A stretch of 64,000 nucleotides of DNA from an uncultured Acidobacteriota bacterium (GCA_963725095.1 CAVRXJ010000022.1:135856-199855), one strand, 5' to 3'; numbered from the stretch's first letter, positions 23,383 through 32,086 are shown. The notes: generated by a model from the sequence alone, not told the origin. Program-made: numbers and translations.

Positions 23383-24150
23383 CTACGACCCGAACTCCCG
23401 CGGTTGTCCAGATTTTGACGGTTTCCGGCGAAATCGACCCTGAATTCTATCCCTCACGGGGGCCCCGCCTGACCCTCGATAGTCGCCCGGAGCGCGTGCG
23501 CTATCCGACAGGCGGGAAAGGGTTTCCGACAGCTCCCGACGGGAGGCCGCGAGGCCCTCGGCCAGGCCGTTTCGCTCCCGGATTCCCACGGCCTCGCGCA
23601 GTGCCGAGGTGCTGCGGGAGAGGTGCTCCTGCGCCCGCCCGGGCTCGAGCTCCGAGAGGCGCCGCAGGGCAAGCCCCATGTTGTGCAGGGTCACCCCCCG
23701 GGCGATCTCCCGCTCCGGGGTCCGCCAGACGAGGGCCTCGAGGAAGAGGCTGACGGCCTCCTGGAGCTCGGTGCCCGTGCGGCCGAGGTTCGAGAGCGCC
23801 GTCGCCAGGTTGTGGAGCGCCCGGGCCCTCCACCCGTCTTCGGCGTGCGCGGCGAAATGCTTGAGCGCCGCTGCGAAGCAGATGCGGGCGCGGGAAAGAT
23901 CGGCCGCCGGTCCCGGGCTACCGTAGAAGACGCCGGCGTTGTGGAAGAAGCGGGCCTGCGCCTCGGTCGAGTCGAAGGTGAATCCCGGCAGCGCCTCCCA
24001 GAGGTCGTCGGCGAGCAGGCGCGCGGTGTCCTCGTCGCCCCGCTCTCGCAATTCTTCCTGCGCGCGGAACCACTCGCGATAGGCCGCGGTCGGCGAACCG
24101 GCGAACGCCCCGCGAAAGTGTTCGAGGAGTTGCGAGATCCCGTCGTCCAC
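23383..24150 (-). CDS. TPR-like hypothetical protein (last gene of the 27.0-23.4 kb operon); 3' end uncertain
   Basis: GTG 24150 lies 5 nt after the upstream stop. Helical-repeat strings ALHNLATALSNLGRTGTELQEAVSLFLEAL and VTLHNMGLALRRL. The C-terminal ~35 aa overlap the promoter region of the next gene and may be read-through. Confidence 0.55.
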   Translation of the reverse strand: MDDGISQLLEHFRGAFAGSPTAAYREWFRAQEELRERGDEDTARLLADDLWEALPGFTFDSTEAQARFFHNAGVFYGSPGPAADLSRARICFAAALKHFAAHAEDGWRARALHNLATALSNLGRTGTELQEAVSLFLEALVWRTPEREIARGVTLHNMGLALRRLSELEPGRAQEHLSRSTSALREAVGIRERNGLAEGLAASRRELSETLSRLSDSARAPGDYRGSGGAPVRDRIQGRFRRKPSKSGQPREFGS

Positions 24151-24155
24151 GGGCC

Positions 24156-25238
24156 CTAGCCGCGCGGCGTCCGGGTGGGAGTCGGCGTTTCTTCCTCGTA
24201 ATAGACGCCGGGCTTCCGCGTCGGGCCGGCGGTCGGCTCGCTCGCGGCCGGCCGGGGACGGGACGTCGGGCGCGGCGTGAGTGTCGGAGGCGGCGGGGGA
24301 GTCGGCCGCTCGGGAGTCGGCGTGTCGGTCGCGGTCGGCGTGGGAGTGGGCGTCGGAGACGGCGTCGGGGTCGCCGTGGGCGTCGCGGATGCGGTCAGGA
24401 GCGCGCGGGCCGTCTGCGTCCTTCCTTTCGGGAGGGGTGTCGGAGGAATCCTCTCGCCGAAGATGACGACGGGTCGCTTGATGGTCGGCGTCGGCGGAGC
24501 GGTCGGTCCCGCGGCCGCAGGCGCAGGCGGCGGCGCGGCGGACGTCGGTCCGGGGGTTGGCGGCCGGGCGATGGTCGGGGCCGGAAGCGGGAACGTGGGT
24601 GTCGGCGGTCGCGTGATGGTGGCCGGAACGGGGAACGTCGGTGTGGGCGGACGCGTGATCGTCGCCACCGGAGCCGCCTGCGGCTCCGCAACCGGAGGCG
24701 CTGGTGTCGGCGGCCGGGTGATCGTGGCGGCCGGAAGCGGGAACGTCGGCGTCGGCGGTCTCGTGATCGTGGCCGGCACGGCCGCCTGTGGCGCCGAGAC
24801 GGGCGGGGCCGGTGTCGGCGGACGAGTGATCGTCGGCGGCGGAGGCGGAGCCGTCGCGGGTGGCGGCACGGGGGTGGGCGGGAGCGTCATCGTGGGCGGC
24901 GGAGCCGGGGCTGCAGCCGCGGCGGGAATCTTCGTCGGCGCAGGCGTGGGCGGCCGTGTGGGAGTAGCAGACGGGGCCGCCGCGACAGGCGCGGCAGGAA
25001 TCGCGGTCGCCGCCGTCGGCGCGGGAGTCGGCGGCCGCGTGGGCGTGGCAGCCGGCACAGCGGGAGCCGGCGTCGCTTTTTGCGGGGCTTTCGTCGGAGC
25101 CGCCGACGGAGCCGGCTCCGGAGCGGCTTTCGGCGTCGGTGTCAGGAGCCTCGCGACGATGACCTGCGTCGGGTGGCAGGCCCCCGCGGGGATCGTCAGG
25201 GCGGCGAGCAGCAGCGTCCGCGCGAGGGTCTTTCTCAT
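24156..25238 (-). CDS. Pro/Thr/Ala-rich repeat protein with signal peptide (possible lipoprotein)
   Basis: MRKTLARTLLLAALTIPAGAC then ~330 aa of low-complexity sequence with eight T[PI][TA]RPPTP units. Short non-repetitive patch IKRPVVIFGERIPPTPLPKG. Codon frame supported by the mirrored Gly-rich antisense ORF. Confidence 0.6.
   Translation of the reverse strand: MRKTLARTLLLAALTIPAGACHPTQVIVARLLTPTPKAAPEPAPSAAPTKAPQKATPAPAVPAATPTRPPTPAPTAATAIPAAPVAAAPSATPTRPPTPAPTKIPAAAAAPAPPPTMTLPPTPVPPPATAPPPPPTITRPPTPAPPVSAPQAAVPATITRPPTPTFPLPAATITRPPTPAPPVAEPQAAPVATITRPPTPTFPVPATITRPPTPTFPLPAPTIARPPTPGPTSAAPPPAPAAAGPTAPPTPTIKRPVVIFGERIPPTPLPKGRTQTARALLTASATPTATPTPSPTPTPTPTATDTPTPERPTPPPPPTLTPRPTSRPRPAASEPTAGPTRKPGVYYEEETPTPTRTPRG
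24549..25046 (-). repeat. In-frame tandem coding repeats (TITRPPTPTFP[LV]PA-type units)
   Basis: Protein residues 78-243 of the 25277 ORF numbering. Units TPTRPPTPAPT x2, TITRPPTPAPPV..PQAA x2, TITRPPTPTFP[LV]PA x3, TIARPPTPGP. Confidence 0.7.
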
Positions 25239-25297
25239 CGTGTCAGGCGCGAAGCATACCGCGGCTGGCGGGGTCAACCGAGGCGTTTAAGGTGCGG

Positions 25298-26402
25298 TTA
25301 CTCCCGGAAGTAGCCGTGCAGGTTGTGCAGGGCCTGGCGGTCGATCTTGCGGCGGCGCAGGGACTCGCGCAGCAGCGCGAGCGCGGCGAATCCCTCGGGG
25401 ACCATCTGCTCTTCGTCGATGATCGGCAGCGCCGCGCGGACCTCCCACTCGGCCTGGGCGTCCTGCTCGGTCTGGAGCAGCGCGTCGGCCAGCACGAGGT
25501 GGATTGCGGCGGCGTCGCCCCGCATGCCGACCTGCTCGGCGTCGCGGACGGCTTCGCGGTAGGCGTCGATCGCCTCGATCGGCTTGCCCTGCTCGCGGAG
25601 GATGTCGCCGACGCACCAGCGCAGCTTCACGAGGCCGACCTGGCTGTCGGACCTCTTCAGGAGGTCGAGCGCCTGGCGCGCGTAGTCGAGCGCGGCCTGC
25701 GGGTTCGCCCTGGAGGCGGTAGAGCTGCGCGAGGTTGTTCGCCGCGGGGGCGAGGAGCTTCAGGTCGCCTCCGACCTGCGCCTCCCCGTAGACTTCCCGG
25801 AAGACCTCGGCCGCCTTCGAGAAATCGCCCGTTTCGCGGCAGGCGATGCCTTCGAGGAATCGGCACTTCGAGGCCTCGTCGAAGAGGCCGAGCTTGCGCG
25901 AGCTCTCGGCCCAGACGGGAGCGAGCTCCAGGACCTCGTCGAAACGTCGCTCTTCCATCGCGAGGGCGAGCTTCTGGTAGGCGAGGCGCGCAAAGTGCAC
26001 GCTGGGGTTGGCGACGCGAACGAAGTTCGACTCGGCGCGGTCGAACCAGCGTCGGGCCTCATCGCGCCGGAAGAGGATGCGGTTCGCGCCGCCGGCCAGC
26101 AGCGCGAGCTCGCCCAGGAAGTACTCGCGCTCGTCGAACTCGCCGATCTTGCGGACGGGGCGGGCGAGGAATCCGTAGAAGAACTCCGCGTCTTCGGCGA
26201 CGACGGCCGGTGCCGTCTCGATGCGCCGGGTGAGGGCCTCGCAGAGGGCCAGCAACACCTCGGGATGCTCGAAGCGCAGCTCCCGCACGCGCTCGGCGCG
26301 CTCGCTGATCGGGACGTCGAGGACGCGCTCGGCGGCGGCGCGCCCCTCCTGCACGGAGACGCTCTCGTGGAGCGCGGGGAAGCGGACGAGCTCGCCCCTC
26401 AA
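25298..26402 (-). CDS. TPR-repeat protein of unknown function, one frameshift near 25700
   Basis: The proposed TTG start 26402 overlaps the upstream TGA (TTGA). ORF 25287..26567 frame (…NNLAQLYRLQG) continues in ORF 25298..25630 (…GDILREQGKPIEAIDAYREAVRDAEQ). Repeated TPR-like helices. Confidence 0.6.
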
Positions 26403-26782
26403 GAGTCCTCCTCCGAGCCCGCTTCCGGGGGCTTCGGCTTCTCGAGGCCCCGCTCGATCTCGATGGCGATGACTTCGGGCCCGAGTGTGAGGGAGCGCGT
26501 GAGGCGGTCGTCCTCCGCGAGCAGGTCCTCGAGCCGGGAGATCGAGTAGACGTGCCCGGCCCGGCAAGCCATCAGGAGCAACTCGGAGCGCAGAGACTCC
26601 GGCCGACGGCTTCCCGGTCGCCGACAGAATCGCTGGAACCAGTCGTAGAGGCGCTGCTCGACTTCCGTGGCTTCCTTGGGCGGAAGCCGGTAGTTCGTGA
26701 CGAGGGCCCTCTCGATCAGCGGCAGGATCTGCCCGAAGACCGAGGCGGCCTCCTTGTTGCGTCCGGTGAAGGTCGAGGACAT
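26399..26782 (-). CDS. Hypothetical protein, faint resemblance to sigma-70 region 2 only
   Basis: ATG 26782 (TTG 26791 also in frame). ILPLIERALVTNYRLPPKEATEVEQRLYDWFQRFCRR...LRSELLLMACRAGHVY loosely mimics ECF sigma region 2.1-2.4 spacing. No region 4. Acidic tail. Confidence 0.5.
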   Translation of the reverse strand: MSSTFTGRNKEAASVFGQILPLIERALVTNYRLPPKEATEVEQRLYDWFQRFCRRPGSRRPESLRSELLLMACRAGHVYSISRLEDLLAEDDRLTRSLTLGPEVIAIEIERGLEKPKPPEAGSEEDS

Positions 26783-26882
26783 GGAGCTCAACCGGGTCCT
26801 TCCGGGTGAAGTCCCTGTCTTCGTCGGGCGCTCTCGGCGCCAGATGGCGAAACGCTTCGAAGTCGTCGCAAGAGTCGTTCGA

Positions 26883-26999
26883 TCAGAACGGGATGTGACT
26901 CTGAACCTTGATCGGAAACGGCTTTTCCGCCGGCTTGGGCGCCGGAGTCGGCTGAGGCTGTGTCTGGACCTGCGCGCTCTGAGTGGAATTGGAACCCAT
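26883..26999 (-). CDS. Unannotated 38-aa ORF (MGSNSTQSAQVQTQPQPTPAPKPAEKPFPIKVQSHIPF)
   Basis: Below the 60-aa cutoff of the ORF track. ATG 26999 preceded by AAAGGAG with 8-nt spacing, ~95-nt leader from a near-consensus promoter, TGA at 26885-26883. First cistron of the operon. Confidence 0.45.
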   Translation of the reverse strand: MGSNSTQSAQVQTQPQPTPAPKPAEKPFPIKVQSHIPF

Positions 27000-27090
27000 G
27001 GCTGGAATCTCCTTTCGCGTAAAGAAACGAATATCCACCTACCCCGGGACTTGAGAAAAAGTGAAACTCACCAGGACAGAAACTGGCCAA

Positions 27091-27118
27091 ATCATACGCC
27101 TGCGACGTCCGCCGTCAA
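27091..27118 (-). promoter_or_regulatory. Putative sigma-70-type promoter (TTGACG-N16-TATGAT) for the small ORF/unknown operon
   Basis: The minus strand reads aaaaagtgcTTGACGgcggacgtcgcaggcgTATGATttgg. Located in a locally AT-richer 190-bp gap. Confidence 0.4.
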
Positions 27119-27192
27119 GCACTTTTTGACGCCGGCGGCCCTCCGGACGCTCGCCGGAGCGGCAAGTGCCCTTTCGTCAGTGCTTTGAGTCC

Positions 27193-30100
27193 TCACGGCA
27201 GGGAGAATGTCCTCGCCAGAAAGGCCGCCATTTCGCCCCGCGTGGTCGTCTTGTTCGGACAGAAATCGCCGCCCCCGCATCCCACCGGTGATGCCTTCGT
27301 GCAGCAGCTGCTCGATCCAGCGCGCGAATGGGTCGCTCGCCGGCACGTCATCGAAGAGCCCGACGGCGGCCGGCGGCTGGTAGCTGCCGCCGTGCTTGGC
27401 GCGCAGGAGCATCACCGCCATCGAGGCGCGGTTGACCACGGCGCCGGGCAGTAGTTGCCCATCCCGCAACCGGTGGTGATCTGTTCCGTCAGGAGCTGCT
27501 CGATCCACGGCGCCCCGAAGGCGTCGGCGGCGACGTCGCCGAAAGCCGTTCCGGTCGCCGGCGGCGGGCGCGAACGACGACCCGTGCTTTCCCCGCAGCA
27601 GGAAGATCGCCATCTGGTCCCGCGTGACCGCCGCGTCCGGGCAGTAGCTTCCGGCGTTGCAGCCCGTGGTGATCCCCGCGCGGAAGATCTTCTCGACGGC
27701 GTTGTGGAAGAGCTGGCTCGGCGGGACGTCCAGAAAATCCGCCATCCACGCCTTGGGGAGCGTTCCGCCGCAGGCGTCGGGGTTGCCGACGACGACGTCG
27801 TTGAGAGTCCCGGGAGAGAGCGCGGGCGTCGTCGCCGTGATCTGTGTCTCGCCGGGCACCGCGACGCTGCCGGCGTCGGCGCCGCCGATCGCGAGCGTCG
27901 CGCCGGTCTGGAAATCCTTGCCGGCGATCGTCACGGCGGTTCCTCCGGCGGCGGGGCCCGAGCGCGGCGAGATGGAAGCGGGAGCGGGCAGCACGATCGC
28001 GAACGCCGTGACGAATGCGTCCGTCGTTCCGCCGAGCGTGTCGTCGGCGGGATCGGCGGTCGGGAAATCGCTCGAGCTCGTTTGCCCGGCGACGAAGTCG
28101 TTGCCCGCTCCGTCGAGCGCGACGCCGTACGCCGCGTCGGTGCCGGCGCCTCCGAGGTAACTCGCGAACGAAAGGCCGGCCGGTCCCGGGATCGGAGGGG
28201 CGGATCATCGCGAAGAAGGCGTCGTAGCCGCCGCCGCTGCCGGGCTGCAGCGGACAGGTGCGCTGCGGGAAATCGCCGGAGACGGTGAACCCGGAGACGT
28301 GGGCGACGCCCTGCGCGTCGAGCGCGAGGCCGAAGCCCTCGTCGTCGTTCGAGCCGCCGAGGTACGTCGCGTAGAAGAGCGCCGCTGCCCCGGCCAGGTC
28401 CGGGTCGATCCTCGCGAAGTGGGCGTCGAAGACGCCGCCGAACGTGCGCTGGACGGCGTCGGGCGTCGTCGCGAGCGCGTCGGAGCTCGTCGTGCCGATG
28501 ACCGCGAGCTTGCCGTCCCCCTCCGCGAGGATCGTGTAGCCGTCGTCGTAGCCGGCCCCGCCGAGGTAGCTCGAGAGGAGCAGGCCCGATCCCGCGGCGT
28601 CGAAGAGCGAGACGAAGCCGTCGTAGCCGCCGCCCGTCTCCTCCTGGAACGGGCTCTCCGTCGGAAAGTCGGTCGAGGCCGTCCGCCCGGTCACCGCGAG
28701 GACGCCGCCCGGGCCCCGTGCGATGCCGAACCCCTGATCGTCGCCGCTTCCGCCGAGGAAGGTCGAGAAGACGAGGGACGCCGCGCCGGACTTCGACGTG
28801 TCCAGGCGCGCGAGGAAGGCGTCGCTCGACGGCGTCGCAGGCGCCGTCGGTGCCGCAGGATTCGTCGAGGACGCCGGCCGTGCTCGGGAAATCCGCCGAG
28901 TAGGTCTGGCCGGTGATCCAGGCGTTGCCGGAGTCGTCCACGGCGACGGCCCAGGCGCCGTCGCCGTTGGAGCCGCCGAAGTAGGTCGCGTAGAGGAGCG
29001 ACGAGCCGTCGGCGCCGAGCTTGGCGAGGAAGCCGTCGGCGCCGATGCCCGCCGCCGAGCCGAACGCGGTCTGGTAGGCGCCGGCGGTGGTCGGAAATTC
29101 CGCGCGGGCGATCCCCGCGACGTAGGCGACGCCCGCGCCGTCGACGGCGATGCCGACGCCCACGTCGTCCCCGGTTCCGCCGAGGTAGGTCGCGTAGACG
29201 AGGGATTCGGCACCGGTCTGCGACGGATCGATCTTGGCGACGAAGGCGTCGCTCGCCGCGCTGTCGCAGTTGCCGTCGGAGCCGCAGTCCGCGTCGATCG
29301 GACCGACCGTCGGAAAGTCCGTCGAGAGCGTCGAACCCGGTCACGTAGGCCTTGCCGGAGGCGTCGGCCGCGATCGCGTAGGCGATGTCGTCGCCGCCGC
29401 CGCCGAGGTAGGTCGATTCGAAGATCCGCGTGTCCACGAGCAGGGCGCGCGCGATGAGTCGTAGCCCCGGGGAAATGTGAGGCCGATGCTCCCGTCGGCG
29501 TGGACGGCGCGGCGCGCCATCCTCCGCGAGCTCCGATCTCCCGCGCCTTCCTGCCAGGCCTCGGGCTCGCCTGCCGCCGCTTCGGGTCGCGTTTTCGCGC
29601 TCCGGTCGCGCAGGCGCCATCGGATCAGCGACGGGTCGACTCCGGGCGCGACGACGAAAGTGCTCCGGATCGTTCCGCCGGCGCTCTCCAAGCGCAGGTC
29701 GATTCCGGGATAGAGCCCGCGGTAGAGGAGCCCGCGATAGGCGGGCAGCCCCGAACGCCAGCGTGCCGGATTGCTGCCGCGCAGGTAGCTGATCTTCGCG
29801 GCGATCGGATCGATTCCGGATACGGCCGGGTCCGGCTGCGCGCCTTCGAAGGAAATCGCGCCCAACCGAAACGGCCTCGCGTGCGGGCCTGCCTCGAGAC
29901 GTCGAGCCGCGTCCCGCTCGCCGGGGCGGAAAGGGCCGGCGTCGCCGCGCGCGGCGTCATCCAGATGATCTGCCCGGACGTGAAGAGCACCGTGCGCCCG
30001 GCGATCGCCGCCTGGAAGCGGATGTCCGGCCCGTCTGTCCGGCGTTGGGAACGAAGAAGGCCGGGATCTTCGCGGCGTTCTCAGCCGGCGCGAAGGTCCC

Positions 30101-30214
30101 GCTCTTCAGGTTCGCCGCGCCCGCCGGAAAGGGAGCCGCGAGGACGAAGGAGCAGACCGCCGCGGCCAGAAGGGCCCGAATCTGGGAGGGAATGCGGGGA
30201 TCGAGACACGACAC
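27193..30214 (-). CDS. Secreted SBBP beta-propeller-repeat protein with C-terminal IPT/TIG and three Cys-containing SLH-like repeats; many frameshifts
   Basis: Candidate GTG 30214 next to GGAGG. Signal IRALLAAAVCSFVLAAPFPAGAA. N-domain IPAFFVPNAGQT...ISYLRGSNPARWRSGLPAYRGLLYRGLYPGIDL. Repeated YATYLGGS..D.G.GIA.D..G.A.V.G.T.S.DFP units spread over ORFs 28691, 27931 and 27489. IPT GPAAGGTAVTIAGKDF. 3x SLH-like, ending GEMAAFLARTFSLP with TGA at 27195-27193. Confidence 0.75.
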
Positions 30215-30485
30215 ACCTCCTCGTGGAAACGGGTTGAGGGATCGCGCGGTGTCGGAAAGTGCGCGGGACCTGGACGATTCGCTTTCGATCCTGACGGGTG
30301 GGGTACCCCGGATCCGGACGCCGTCGCGACGGACACCCGTCGATGCGAGCCGACGTTCCATGCTCCTCCGCTCGGAGCGCGCCGATTTGTCTGTTGATTC
30401 CCGAGCGGAGGGTCTAGGGGAAGACGCGAACGGGTCCTTCCGCTGGATCCAGGCTCGGGATCCGACCGCCTATTGTAGCGCCGTC

Positions 30486-32086
30486 CTAGAGGGTGCGGAC
30501 GAAATCCGCCGCGTCCTGACGCCAGACCGTAACCCCGCAGAAACGCTCCCCTTCGGGGCAGACCGGGCGGACCCCCGCGTGGTGCCGCAGCGTGCAGGGC
30601 GGCAGGAGCCAGGGCCCGATGCGGGGGTTGACCTCGCGGATCTGCAGGGTCTCGTCGAGCGAGGCGCGCCAGATCTCTTCCTGGGCGTTGTAGCAGAGGC
30701 GCATGGCGAACTTGTGGTGGAGGTTCAGGAGGTCGGCCGACTCGGTGAAACGGATCGCCACGGCGTTGGGCAGGAGGTAGGCGGCGTGCTCGTCGGAGAC
30801 GCCCCGCTCGCGCAGGCGGCGGATCGCGTCCCAGGTCTCTTCCATCGTCGTCCGGTAGAGCTCGCGCCGCTTCCGGAATCTCGGGGAGCAGCATGGGCAC
30901 GACGTAGTCCGGCTCATCCGAGAGGTACGCCGGCAGCGCCGGCCGCGAGCCCGGTGTCATCCGGTGCCGCTGGTCCTGGCTGTCGGCCGTGTGGGAGAGC
31001 TTCTTGCGGAAGGTGTACGACGGGTGGAACATCGCCCGCGAGAGCTTTCCGTGCGTCGGTCAGGGTGAGGGTCTCGCCGAGCAGGCGGTTCCTGGCGGGG
31101 TCGAGCACGAGGCGGATCGCCTCGTCGTCGGAAAGGGACGCGCGCGGCAGGCCCAGGATCTCGCGCACCGCGGAGGCGAGCACCTCCTCGTTGTTGGCCT
31201 TCCAGTCGACCAGCCGCGAGACGCGCCCTCCAAGCTCCTCGTCGAACTCGCGCCGAAACGCGGCGGCGCTCGCGCGGGGCGCCCGCAGAGACTGAAAGAT
31301 CTCGTACTCGGGAGTTTCTTCGAGCGGGATCGGATCCTGCAGCACGGCCGCGTAGAGCGGGTCGTGGCGGAGGACTTCCTCCACCATCTGGCCGACGACC
31401 TCGCGCTGCTCGGCCGGCGCGTCGAAGGACTCGCAGAGCCGCCAGTAACGGAACAGCGTGATTCCGGAGATCGTGTGGTACAGGTAGGCGAACGTTGCGA
31501 CCGGCAGGACGTAGCGCGCGATTTCCTGCGCGCGCTTCTGCACCGCGCCGGCAAACCTCGCGCGGCCGTCGCCCCGGGTGCGGCCCGGAAAGATGCCGAA
31601 GTACCGCTCCCCGGCGGCGGGCGTCAGCAGCTCCGTCAGGCGCCGGTAGGCCTCCTGCTGGCGCCGGGCCTGCCGCTCGTAGATCTCCCGCTCGGCCGCG
31701 CCCATGGCCGGGATCGCATACGTGCCGGGCTTGACCTCGACGTAGCGCTGCGAGACCTGCTCGGAGTTGTAGAAGGGGTGGCTGTGGAGGAAAGTCCAGA
31801 GGAACTGCCGCGAGACGTTCTCGAGGGCGAACTGGAAGTGCGCGTGCTGGAACGTCGTGTGGTGGCCCGCCTCGTAGATCGAGCGCGCGAGCGCGTCGCG
31901 GCGCTCCGGCCGCGCGGACGCCTGATCTTCGGTGATGATCCCCTTGGAGGAGTAGCAGGTGCGCGCCGTCGCGACGACGTTCTCGAAGGGCCGCTCGAAC
32001 GCGTGGACGAGGCGAACCTTCGGAGGCGGCGAAGAGAAGGCGAAGGTGCGCCCGCCAACTGGGAGACTCGACATCGAGTCCCTCAT
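30486..32086 (-). CDS. Two-domain ThyX-like (FAD-dependent thymidylate synthase family) protein, two frameshifts (near 31040 and 30890)
   Basis: Domain 1: GHHTTFQHAHFQFALENVSRQFLWTFLHSHPFYNSEQVSQRYV (ThyX pattern with RHR replaced by HSH). Domain 2: SYTFRKKLSHTADSQDQRHR. Tail ...LNLHHKFAMRLCYNAQEEIW. Pieces in ORFs 30914, 30106 and 30486. Confidence 0.8.

Noticed and set aside
24549-25046. Tandem repeats considered as a CRISPR-like or VNTR array
   Set aside because: Units are 33-63 nt, in frame, without unique spacers, and encode the RPPTP protein repeats. Not a CRISPR array.
24277-25290. 337-aa Gly/Val/Ala-rich plus-strand ORF
   Set aside because: Mirror image of the Pro/Thr-rich minus-strand gene (CCN codons read as NGG). 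The minus-strand frame has a signal peptide, a proper ATG and operon context.
27120-27165. CTCCGG-cgagcgt-CCGGAG hairpin after the SBBP gene as a terminator
   Set aside because: On the transcribed (minus) strand it is followed by an A-run, not a U-run. Short stem.
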